A program made the translations under genes and the position numbers. Of a stretch of DNA of 50,179 nt, positions 28,489 to 36,771 are shown one piece after another (the first letter of the stretch is position 1; the number at the start of each line of letters is the position of its first letter). The notes under the pieces were generated by a model. The model ran no database searches, had not been told where the DNA came from, and saw only the letters and a program-made list of their open reading frames with translations. The stretch is from Thermoplasmatales archaeon SW_10_69_26. Its GTDB lineage: Archaea; Thermoplasmatota; SW-10-69-26. The stretch lies in contig PXUB01000012.1 in assembly GCA_003009755.1 (NCBI GenBank), positions 6,770 through 56,948 of the forward strand, read 5' to 3'.

Positions 28489-28986
28489 TCAAAGCCCGTC
28501 GCGGATCGCTTCGAGCACCTCGACCTGTCGATCGAGCACGCCGGTCTGGCGATCCAGCTCGGCCTCGATCACGTCGAGCTTGTCGAGCTTCGCCGAGCTC
28601 TCTTGCTGAAGATCCGCCTGCCTCTCCAGGAGGTCGTGGTTCGCCTGGAGAAGCTGGTGGTTCGCAGCCGTCGTTTCGTCGACGCTGCCCACCGTTTCCT
28701 CCACCTCGCCCATCGTATCGTCGACGCTACCCAGCGTTTCTTGGACGGCGTGCATCTGTCCACGCCCAGCCGTCAGCGACAGCGTCGAGAACGTGGCGAT
28801 GATGCCGAGCAGCGAACCGACCGTCATGCCGATCTCGCCGACGAGGTTCCACCATCCGAGGTACTCGCCGACCCCGGACACGATGGCGATGAGGAACCCC
28901 AGCGCTGCCGAGATCCAGCCGATGCGGATCACGGTCTCCGGGCCGGGCTCGAAGGGCACGCCCAACCATCCCTCGCGCGAAGGCAT
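28489..28986 (-). CDS. 2-TM membrane protein with a C-terminal coiled coil (paralog of 40852-41265)
   Basis: GEYLGWWNLVGE between the TM helices; tail KLDKLDVIEAELDRQTGVLDRQVEVLEAIRD. Confidence 0.78.
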   Translation of the reverse strand: MPSREGWLGVPFEPGPETVIRIGWISAALGFLIAIVSGVGEYLGWWNLVGEIGMTVGSLLGIIATFSTLSLTAGRGQMHAVQETLGSVDDTMGEVEETVGSVDETTAANHQLLQANHDLLERQADLQQESSAKLDKLDVIEAELDRQTGVLDRQVEVLEAIRDGL

Positions 28987-29098
28987 GTAGGTTGCGGTGG
29001 CGAGGGGGTGCCGGGTCAAGGTTCTCCGCGAGGCGCGTTCACCACGAGCGCGAAGGACCGAGGTTTGATGTAGCCTCGACCGGACCTGAGCCCGAGGC

Positions 29099-29863
29099 TT
29101 GGCTGTGCGGAGGCTGGCGATCGCCGCACTGACGGTGGCGATGCTCTCGGTTCTGGCAGTGAACGCCATCGCCAGCGAAGCGCCCACCGTCGATGCCCAC
29201 ACCGACGCTCATGTCGCCCTGCAGCCCCTGCCCAGCATCGTGATCGAGGGCGACGCGGCATTCGAGGGGCCGACGGTGATGAACGGTGTGCGCGGCGGCA
29301 ACGGCACCGCCGAGGATCCCTACCGCATCACGAACTGGACGATCGCATCCAATGGAGACGCTGGGATCCACCTGCAGGATACCAGCGCGCACGTGATCAT
29401 CGAAGACGTCTTCGTGCCCGGCACGCCGCCGGCCACGTACGGGATCCGGCTTACAGGGGCAGAGGTCCACGGAAACTCCTTCCCCGGCACGGCACCCAAG
29501 CCGACGGTCTTCGCTGAGGACGCGAACGCATCCCGGAACTGGTGGGGTGACGCCAGCGGCCCCTTGATCGAGGACGATCCCAGCTCCGGCGAAGGTCACC
29601 CTTTGAACATCGTATCGACGAACGTGACGTTCGCCCCGAACCTGACCAGCGAGCCCGAGACAGGCCCATCCGCGGTCAACTGTGGCGGGAACGAGGGCCC
29701 GATTGGCCTGCAAGCGAGGCCGGACCTGACGGCCGGCGCTCGCTTCGGGCTGGACGGTGGAGCCAGCCCCGGCGAGCCCGCCGGAACGGTCAGCCTGACC
29801 GCTCGGGCGCAAGCCGGGGCCGGGGTCCCCAAGCAGACACCGCCGCCGCTGAGCTGGGGCTGA
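29099..29863 (+). CDS. Short secreted beta-helix-family protein, possibly internally deleted
   Basis: Signal peptide; GNGTAEDPYRITNW N-cap and NASRNWWGDASGP C-cap with little sequence between them. Confidence 0.6.
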   Translation: MAVRRLAIAALTVAMLSVLAVNAIASEAPTVDAHTDAHVALQPLPSIVIEGDAAFEGPTVMNGVRGGNGTAEDPYRITNWTIASNGDAGIHLQDTSAHVIIEDVFVPGTPPATYGIRLTGAEVHGNSFPGTAPKPTVFAEDANASRNWWGDASGPLIEDDPSSGEGHPLNIVSTNVTFAPNLTSEPETGPSAVNCGGNEGPIGLQARPDLTAGARFGLDGGASPGEPAGTVSLTARAQAGAGVPKQTPPPLSWG

Positions 29864-29931
29864 GCCCGGACCCGCCGCTCTCTCTTCCCCGCCCTACCAT
29901 TAATAGCAACCGACCCGCTGGCTCCCCTTGC

Positions 29932-30840
29932 ATGAAGCTCCTCCGTGAGGGAAGCGTCAAGCGGGTCTACGAGACCGGCGAAGACGAGCTGGTCTTCGAC
30001 TTCAGCGACGGGATCAGCGTCTTCGATTGCATCCTCCCCAACGACGTGCCCCACAAGGGGGAGTCGCTTTGCCGCACCGGCGCCTACTGGTTCGAGCAGG
30101 TCGAGGAGGCCGGCATCTGCGACACGCACTACCTCGGCAGGCCCGAACCGACGCAGATGCGCGTCGAGCGCGTGCGCGTCATCGACGACTACGACCGGCT
30201 GGACGAGGACGTCACCGACGTCCTGATCCCGCTCGAGGTCGTCTGCCGCCACCACGCGGCCGGATCGTTCGTGGACCGCGTCGAGGCCGGCAAGATCGAG
30301 CCGACCGACGTCGGCTTCCCCGAAGGCTACGAGATCTCCGACGGCGAGAAGCTGCCCGAGCCCTACGTCGAGTTCACGACGAAGCTCGAGGAGGTCGACC
30401 GCAAGCTCACCGAGGACGAAGCCCAACGGATCGCCGGCCTCACCGACGCCGAGGTGCACGAGATCAAACAAGCCACGCTGGCGATCGACGAACTCATCGA
30501 GGACCAGGTCGAACCCAACGGGCTGCTGCACGCCGACGGCAAGAAGGAGTTCGCCTGGGACGAGGACCGCAACCTGATGGTCGTCGACTGCTTCGGCACC
30601 GGCGACGAGGATCGCTTCTGGGACAAACGGGCCTTCGAGGAGCGAGGCGAGCGCGTCGAGATGTGCAAGGAGTTCGTCCGCCAGCACTACCGCGAGACCG
30701 GGTTCCACGCCGACCTGATGGAGGCTCGCGAGGCCGGCGAGCCCGAACCCGAGATCCCGCCGATGCCGGACGACCTCGTGCAAGAGACCAGCCAGCGCTA
30801 CATCGACCTGTACGAACGCATCACCGGCGAAGCGTTCTGA
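29932..30840 (+). CDS. purC: Phosphoribosylaminoimidazole-succinocarboxamide (SAICAR) synthase
   Basis: GSVKRVY, FSDGISVFD, IPLEVV, FTTKLE, DGKKEF and DEDRFW motifs. TATA-like ATTAATA at 29899. Confidence 0.95.
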   Translation: MKLLREGSVKRVYETGEDELVFDFSDGISVFDCILPNDVPHKGESLCRTGAYWFEQVEEAGICDTHYLGRPEPTQMRVERVRVIDDYDRLDEDVTDVLIPLEVVCRHHAAGSFVDRVEAGKIEPTDVGFPEGYEISDGEKLPEPYVEFTTKLEEVDRKLTEDEAQRIAGLTDAEVHEIKQATLAIDELIEDQVEPNGLLHADGKKEFAWDEDRNLMVVDCFGTGDEDRFWDKRAFEERGERVEMCKEFVRQHYRETGFHADLMEAREAGEPEPEIPPMPDDLVQETSQRYIDLYERITGEAF

Positions 30841-30879
30841 GGCGACCCAGCGCTTGCCGCCCTCGCTCGGGCGTGCCGG

Positions 30880-31959
30880 TCAGGGGATGGCCGGCGAGCT
30901 GAAGTCGATGCCGACGCCGAACCAGATGATGTAGACGAGCACGCCGAGCAAGATCGCCCACAGCGATACGGCGATCGCCGTCGCGAACCGAGCCTTCTCG
31001 GCCTCCCAGTGCTGGGTCGGTCGCACGCCCTGGACGACGAACGTGAGCACGCCGGCCAGGTTGATGCAGATCACGTTGGAGAACACCAGCAGCCCGGACC
31101 GCCAGGCGAGATCGACGAAACCTGCGCCGACGAACATGCCGGCGGCCACCGCCGGGGGCAGCAAGGCGACGGCGACCATGACGCCGACGAGCGCCGTCGA
31201 GACACCGACCGTCAAAGACAAGACGGCTGCAGCGCCGGCGGCCAGCGCCAGCCCGATGTCCAGCACGTTGATCACGGTCTGCCCGGCCAGCGTCGAGACG
31301 GTCGGATCCACGGGCAACCAGTAGCCCATCAGGGTCGAGGCGGCCAACGCCGCTGCTAGGCCGACCATGGTGGTGACGGCGGACTTGGCGGCCAGACGAT
31401 CGTCGGCCAGCGTGGTCGCCATCGCCAGGCCGACGTTGGGACCGATGAGAGGGGCGATCACCATGGCGCCGATGATCGCGATGATGCTGTCGTTCAGGAG
31501 ACCGAAGGCGGCGACGATCGTGGACAGGACGACCAGGCCCACGTAGGAGTTCGTGAGCTCGCTCATCGTGAGCACGTCCTGGTAGAGCTCGGGCGTGGTG
31601 ACGCGGGCCTGCTTGGTCGCCGCTTCGGCGCCTTCGGCTCGCTTGCGCTCCTCCTCGGCCTGGTGAGGCGGTTTGCGGTCGGCGGCCTCCTCGGCCTCCG
31701 CCAGCTCCTCGTCCGGGCGGGGGATGGTGGCCTCGACCGGCATCATGATCACGCGCGCCCCCGCGATGTCGTCGACCCGCTCCTGCAACGCCTCGACGCC
31801 GCTCCCGATGGCTTCGCCGCCGAACAGGTAGGTCAGCCGGACCATGTCCTCGTCGAGCTCGACCCGCCAGTGCGCCAGCGTCGGATGGTCCTCCAGGGCG
31901 GCTTCGATGGCGCCCTGGCTGGCGCGCGGCACGAACACTTCGATCAAGCGCAGCGCCAT
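30880..31959 (-). CDS. TIGR00341 / DUF389 family membrane protein
   Basis: IIGAMVIAPLIGP and GVMVAVALLPPAV motifs. Confidence 0.9.
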   Translation of the reverse strand: MALRLIEVFVPRASQGAIEAALEDHPTLAHWRVELDEDMVRLTYLFGGEAIGSGVEALQERVDDIAGARVIMMPVEATIPRPDEELAEAEEAADRKPPHQAEEERKRAEGAEAATKQARVTTPELYQDVLTMSELTNSYVGLVVLSTIVAAFGLLNDSIIAIIGAMVIAPLIGPNVGLAMATTLADDRLAAKSAVTTMVGLAAALAASTLMGYWLPVDPTVSTLAGQTVINVLDIGLALAAGAAAVLSLTVGVSTALVGVMVAVALLPPAVAAGMFVGAGFVDLAWRSGLLVFSNVICINLAGVLTFVVQGVRPTQHWEAEKARFATAIAVSLWAILLGVLVYIIWFGVGIDFSSPAIP

Positions 31960-32029
31960 CGGGACCACCTATCCGGCTCGGGCGGCGTCCACGGGGGGGT
32001 CGAACAGCTGGGCCGCGGCGGGCCAGGCC

Positions 32030-32144
32030 AGGCCCTCGCGGGTGCCTCGTCGACGGTCCCGTCCTCGTCAGCGAGGACCGGACCGGAGACGTCGGGGTAG
32101 ACGTGATGGTCGTGGTCGAGGTGGACGTGAGCGTCGACCAGCAC
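32030..32144 (-). pseudogene. Possible N-terminal remnant of a TatD/amidohydrolase-type gene
   Basis: GTG start followed by LVDAHVHL (DxHxH); similarity is lost soon after. Confidence 0.25.
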
Positions 32145-32294
32145 GCCAACTTCAGCGGCGCTTGGCCTCTTCAGTCCCCGGGGTCCGCCGACGGGAACCG
32201 AGAGCTTGGTGACCCCAGGCCTCGCCGTGGCAGCGAACGCTCGGCTTCACATCGTCTTTGTCGAAGTGGCACCGTTGGCCGCCAGGTGAGCTCC

Positions 32295-32921
32295 ATGACG
32301 CACCAGCTGCCCGAACTCCCGTACGAGTACGACTCGCTGAAAGGCATCAGCGAAGAGGTCCTGCGGCTGCATCACGACAAGCACCACCAAGGCTACATCG
32401 ACGGTCGCAACTCGGCCGAGGACCGCCTGGAGGAGGCGCGCGAGAACGACGAGTGGTCCGACATCCGGCTGATCAAGGAGGACGAGTCCTTCAACCAGGC
32501 CGGCCAGGTCCTCCACAACATCTACTGGTCCAACATGGGCGGCCCCGGCGGCCGCCCCTCCGGCAAGGTGCTCGACAAGATCGAGGAGGACTTCGGGTCC
32601 TTCGAGACCTGGAAGGAGGAGATGGGCCAGATCTCTACGGCCTCGGGACGCAGCGGCTGGGCGCTCACCTTGTTCGACATGAGCGACGGCAAGCTCCACT
32701 CCGCGCTCGTCGACTTCCACAACCAGTTCGCCTGGTGGAACGTGGTCCCCGTCGTGGCGCTGGACTTCTGGGAGCACTCCTACTACAAGGACCAGGGCCC
32801 CGACCGCGGCACCTACGTGGACAACTTCTTCCAGAACCTCGACTGGGAGGATATCGAGGCCCGCCTCGAGGCTGCCGAGTCGGCCTACCAGAACCTCGAG
32901 GATCTCTACGGTCCCGAGTGA
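32295..32921 (+). CDS. sod: Fe/Mn superoxide dismutase
   Basis: LPELPY, HHDKHHQGY, LHNIYW, SGW and DFWEHSYY motifs. SD-like AGGTGA at 32284. Confidence 0.95.
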   Translation: MTHQLPELPYEYDSLKGISEEVLRLHHDKHHQGYIDGRNSAEDRLEEARENDEWSDIRLIKEDESFNQAGQVLHNIYWSNMGGPGGRPSGKVLDKIEEDFGSFETWKEEMGQISTASGRSGWALTLFDMSDGKLHSALVDFHNQFAWWNVVPVVALDFWEHSYYKDQGPDRGTYVDNFFQNLDWEDIEARLEAAESAYQNLEDLYGPE

Positions 32922-32955
32922 GGCCGGCCTCCCCCCGTTTTTCCTTTTCTTCTCG
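32922..32955 (+). terminator. T-rich terminator after sod
   Basis: GTTTTTCCTTTTCTTCTC pyrimidine tract. Confidence 0.55.
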
Positions 32956-33016
32956 CCTCCGCCGCAGCCGCTCGAAGCGACGAGAGGGAGGCAACAGTCA
33001 AACCCCCGACCGCGCG

Positions 33017-33600
33017 ATGACCCTGATCGGCACGTCGACGAACGTGCTGGCCTCCGGCATCGGCCAGGCGTTCGCGGGGATCGAGGCCTTCGACATGTTT
33101 TTCTTCACGAAGGTCGGCATCGTGGTGTTGCCGGTCGGTGAGCTGCACGCGTCCATCCGGTGGGACATCGTGTTCCTGCTGGCCGGCGTCATCCCCCCAC
33201 CGGCTTGGCCTTGGACCACACGGGAGCGGCTCAGGGCATCGCGACCTGGATCATCACGCAGACGATGGGCCGACCCCCACGGGCGATGCTGGGCATCTTC
33301 GACGCGCTGACGGTCGTGATGACCCAGATCCCCTCGAAGAACGCCAGCCTCGCCCTCGTGCTCCCGATCGTCGTCGACGGCCCAGCAGCTGTCCCTGAAC
33401 CCGTTCACGTTCGTGCTCGGCGTCACCTTCGCCGCCTCGATGGGGGTCCTCACCCCGATCGGCTACCAGTCGAACCTCATGGTGTACGGCCCGGCGAGCA
33501 CCGGTTCACCGACGTCTTCAAGGTCGGCCTGCCGCTGCTCGCCATCCTGGGCGTCGTCAACGCGTTCCTGCTGGACTGGTACTGGCCGCTGACCGGCTGA
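33017..33600 (+). pseudogene. Fragmented SLC13 / DASS di-/tricarboxylate permease
   Basis: TLIGTSTNVLASG, WDIVFLLAGVIP, TPIGYQSNLMVYGP and FKVGLPL occur in different frames; the N-terminus and central domains are missing. Confidence 0.8.
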
Positions 33601-33654
33601 GCCGATCACTGGCGCTTCGATAGCGCTCGACTGCGAGATGTTCGGCAGATCGAA

Positions 33655-33667
33655 TCCGGCAGTCTAG
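33655..33667 (-). mobile_element. Isolated terminus of the MITE-like family, overlapping the stop codon of the KaiC-kinase gene
   Basis: TCCGGCAGTCTAG is the exact reverse complement of CTAGACTGCCGGA at 50081-50093. Confidence 0.45.
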
Positions 33668-36177
33668 TGGGTCTCGAGGCCCGAGGCACTCGCATCCAGG
33701 AGCTCGATCGTGAATCGCGTGCCCTCGCCGACCTCGGTGTCCAGCTCGATCTTGGTCCCATGCCGTTCGGCGACCGTCGCGCAGATCGCCAACCCCAGGC
33801 CGGCGTGCTCTGAGTCCTCGGTGCCTCCCTCCAGCATCGCGGAGATCTGCTCACGCGTCTCGTCGGGGATGCCCGGACCGTCGTCGGCCACGCTGAACCG
33901 CCAGGTCGTCCCCGAGCGGTTCGCGGTGACCTGAACGTGAACCGGCTGGTCGGGATCCTTGTGCTCGATCGCGTTGACGACGAGGTTCTGCACGTACTGG
34001 CTGAGCATGGTGCGGTCCCCGTGCACGGTCGGCAGCTGCTCGCGACTCACCTCGACGTCCTCGTGCTGCAAGAGCAGTTCGACGTTCGACAGACCGTCCT
34101 CGACGACGCTGTCGAGGTCGACGGGTTCGAGCTCGGTATCGGCGTGGACCGCGCGGGTATAGTTACGGAGCGCATCGAGACGATCGGTCAGCCGGTCGGC
34201 TCCCGTCTTGACGATGTCGAAGAACTCCCGGGCATCGCCGTCCAGCTGGTCGCCTGCCTCCCGTTCCGTGAGATCGATGAAGGAACGGATCATCCGGATC
34301 GGTTCCTTCAGGTCGTGGCCGAGGACCGAGCCGAGGAAGGCGAGCCGACGGTGGAGGTCCTCGACCTTCCGCGGCTGTGTCCGATCCTCGACGGTGACCA
34401 GATGAACGCCCTCGTCGTGGGCCCCCGCGCTCAGGGTCCGCATCTGGCCCCACCTCAGCAACCCCTCCGGGGTTCGGAACTGGAGCATGGCATCGTCCTC
34501 GACCGCGGGCAGGCCCAGATCCTCGTCCACGAGCTGGCCGGGATCGCGGCCGAAGAACCGACGGGCCGCGGGGTTCGCCGCCAGGACCGTGCCCTCGTCG
34601 TCGAGGGCCAGGATCGGTGTGGGGACGCGCTGGACGAGATCGTCGATCCAGGCGTGACGGGCCTCGAGCTCGGGGTAGCGGGTGATCAGCTCCTCGATGA
34701 CGGTTCCCGTCTTCACGGCTCGTCCTCCCTCGAGGCTTCCTTGCAAGATCCCCCGGCCTTTCACCCGCGAGCCGAGGGCAAGCCCCTCGTCGCCGATCTC
34801 GATCTCGCGGACGGAGGGATCGTGGTCGCTGCCCCGCATCTTGAGGACGGTGAAGATGCGCTTGATCTCCTCCCCTGTCTCCAGGTACCGCAGGAGGAGG
34901 ATCGTGTCGGAGAGGGCGGACATGTGTCCCTTGTAGACGGAGACCGGAGGCTCGAAGACGGGTTCCATCATCCCGTACCAGGTGAGCAGCTCCTTGTCCT
35001 TGGTCAAGGCGTTGAGACCGATGAGGAACTCGCGGAAGCTGCGCTCTCCGGCGGTGTAGGCGAGCGAGGAGACGGTGTCGAGCACCAGGCGCTCGGGCTC
35101 GAAGGCCTCCACCTCGTCCTTGATGTCGAGAAGGTGTCCCCCCAGGCTCCGAGATTCGGGATACGTGGAGATCAGCCGAAGGAGCTCCCCCGTGTGGGGC
35201 GTCAGGTCGTGGCCGATCCCCGCCGCGTTCTCGAGCACTTGCTCGCGGCTCTCCTCGAACGTCAGGTACAGCGTCCGCTCGTTCTCCTCGACCCCTTCGT
35301 GGGCGAATTGGGTCATCATCAGCGTCATGCCGACGCCGGTCGCTCCCGAGATCAGGGTCGTGGATCCGCGGAACGGACCGCCCCCCAGCATCTCGTCCAG
35401 CCCCTCGGTTCCCGTGGATCCGCGAGAACTGAACCCGGCGTGGGTGAGCTTCGTGGCCGACAAGGGCAAAAGGATCGGGCCCTTCCCGGGTCGGATCGAG
35501 AGGGGGACCTCCCCCGCCTCGTGATCGCTGCCCCGGATCTTGAGCACCTCCAGGGTTCGGCGCCGGTTCTCCCCGTCGCTGCGGTTCCGCAGGACGATGA
35601 GCGCGTCGGCGACGAACTTCTCGACGCCCGGCCCGTGCAGCGAGCCTGGATCGGATTGCGTGGAGGCGTTGCTGGCGAGCATGGTGACGTTCTCCTCTCG
35701 AGCCACTTGGCTGAGAGACGCCATCGCGCGGCGCACCGCTTGGGGATCCCCGTAGCGCTCGAAGAGCACGTTCACGGCGTCGAGGAAGACCCTGTCGGCG
35801 TCCACCTGCTCGACGGCGTGCTTCGTGCGGGAGACCAGGCCCGCCAACTCGTAGTCGCCGATCGTCTGAGTCTTCGAGATCGTCTCCGGCCGGGCGTCGA
35901 CCAAGCAGAGATCGCCGCGGGCTCTAGCGCCGGGGAGATCCCAACCGAAGCCCGACAGGTGGCTCAGGAACGCCTCGGGGTCCTCCTCGAAGACGACGGC
36001 CACGCCCGGTTCACCGTCCTCGCACCCGGCGGCGAGGAACTGCCCGCCGAGCACCGTTTTCCCCGTGCCTGTCCCCCCGTGGACGAGCGTGATGCTTCGA
36101 GCCGGGATACCGCCCCGGGTCACCGTCTCGAGGCCTGCGATGCCGGTGGGGAGCCCCTCGGTCGGACCGTTGTTCAC
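33664..36177 (-). CDS. kaiC: Double-domain KaiC fused in frame to a PAS-histidine kinase (837 aa)
   Basis: CI GGTGTGKT, FEE and LKIRG; CII GATGVGMT, FEES, HMSALSDTILLLRY and LKMRG. Then a PAS domain, H-box GHDLKEP, NLVVNA, DDGPGI and GLGL. The GTG start overlaps the kaiB TGA and is preceded by GAGGGGGG. Confidence 0.88.
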   Translation of the reverse strand: MNNGPTEGLPTGIAGLETVTRGGIPARSITLVHGGTGTGKTVLGGQFLAAGCEDGEPGVAVVFEEDPEAFLSHLSGFGWDLPGARARGDLCLVDARPETISKTQTIGDYELAGLVSRTKHAVEQVDADRVFLDAVNVLFERYGDPQAVRRAMASLSQVAREENVTMLASNASTQSDPGSLHGPGVEKFVADALIVLRNRSDGENRRRTLEVLKIRGSDHEAGEVPLSIRPGKGPILLPLSATKLTHAGFSSRGSTGTEGLDEMLGGGPFRGSTTLISGATGVGMTLMMTQFAHEGVEENERTLYLTFEESREQVLENAAGIGHDLTPHTGELLRLISTYPESRSLGGHLLDIKDEVEAFEPERLVLDTVSSLAYTAGERSFREFLIGLNALTKDKELLTWYGMMEPVFEPPVSVYKGHMSALSDTILLLRYLETGEEIKRIFTVLKMRGSDHDPSVREIEIGDEGLALGSRVKGRGILQGSLEGGRAVKTGTVIEELITRYPELEARHAWIDDLVQRVPTPILALDDEGTVLAANPAARRFFGRDPGQLVDEDLGLPAVEDDAMLQFRTPEGLLRWGQMRTLSAGAHDEGVHLVTVEDRTQPRKVEDLHRRLAFLGSVLGHDLKEPIRMIRSFIDLTEREAGDQLDGDAREFFDIVKTGADRLTDRLDALRNYTRAVHADTELEPVDLDSVVEDGLSNVELLLQHEDVEVSREQLPTVHGDRTMLSQYVQNLVVNAIEHKDPDQPVHVQVTANRSGTTWRFSVADDGPGIPDETREQISAMLEGGTEDSEHAGLGLAICATVAERHGTKIELDTEVGEGTRFTIELLDASASGLETH

Positions 36178-36473
36178 GACGAGGCCCCCCTCGTCTCGCG
36201 GTCGAGAGGCGGCAGACCCAGCGCGCGGCGCACGACGCTCTCGTCGGTCAAGTCCCCGATCACCCGCACGGACGGGGAAGGCTCCTCCCGGATCAGGGCC
36301 GGGACGGCCAGGATCCGCGCCTCCTCTGCTCGTTCTGGCATTTCCAGGATGTCGATCACCTCGAGTGTTCCCTCGACCCCATCCGAGTCGAGCAGCGATC
36401 GCAGGGCCCTGATCGCCCTCGGACCCGGAGGATGGGCATCCGCCACGTAGAGGCTCAGACGAAGGGGTTCCAA
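36174..36473 (-). CDS. kaiB: KaiB-family protein
   Basis: LRLSLYVA...LEVIDILEMPERAEEARILAVPALIREEPSPSVRVIGDLTD follows the KaiB pattern (LKLYVAG...VIDV..NPQLAE..KILATPTL...P.R.IIGDLSD). TTG start with SD-like GAGGTGG. Confidence 0.9.
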   Translation of the reverse strand: MEPLRLSLYVADAHPPGPRAIRALRSLLDSDGVEGTLEVIDILEMPERAEEARILAVPALIREEPSPSVRVIGDLTDESVVRRALGLPPLDRETRGASS

Positions 36474-36771
36474 ACAGCCACCTCTCAGCTTCGAGAGCCA
36501 TGGCCGCCCGACGCTTAACGAAGGCCAAGAGGTCCCCCCCTCGCCTCAACGAGCGCTTGGCGGGGACCCGGTCGGACGAGCCGAGGAGGGGCCCTCGGCG
36601 GAGCCTGCGGCGTCCCGAGCGCGGTCGGCTGAGGCTCGAACGCATGGTCCGTCGCTGTCGGGGGGGAGATGGGGGGGCCAGCCTACGGTCAGCGCCCTTC
36701 CGATGCAGCGGGACGCCGTCAGGGCCTCGTCCAGACGGCCAGGCGAGGGAGAGCGTGAGGAGCCGAGGCCG

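Noticed and set aside
36178-36645. 156-aa N-terminal extension of the 993-aa KaiC ORF
   Set aside because: It overlaps kaiB in another frame; GTG 36177 has an SD and a stop/start overlap.
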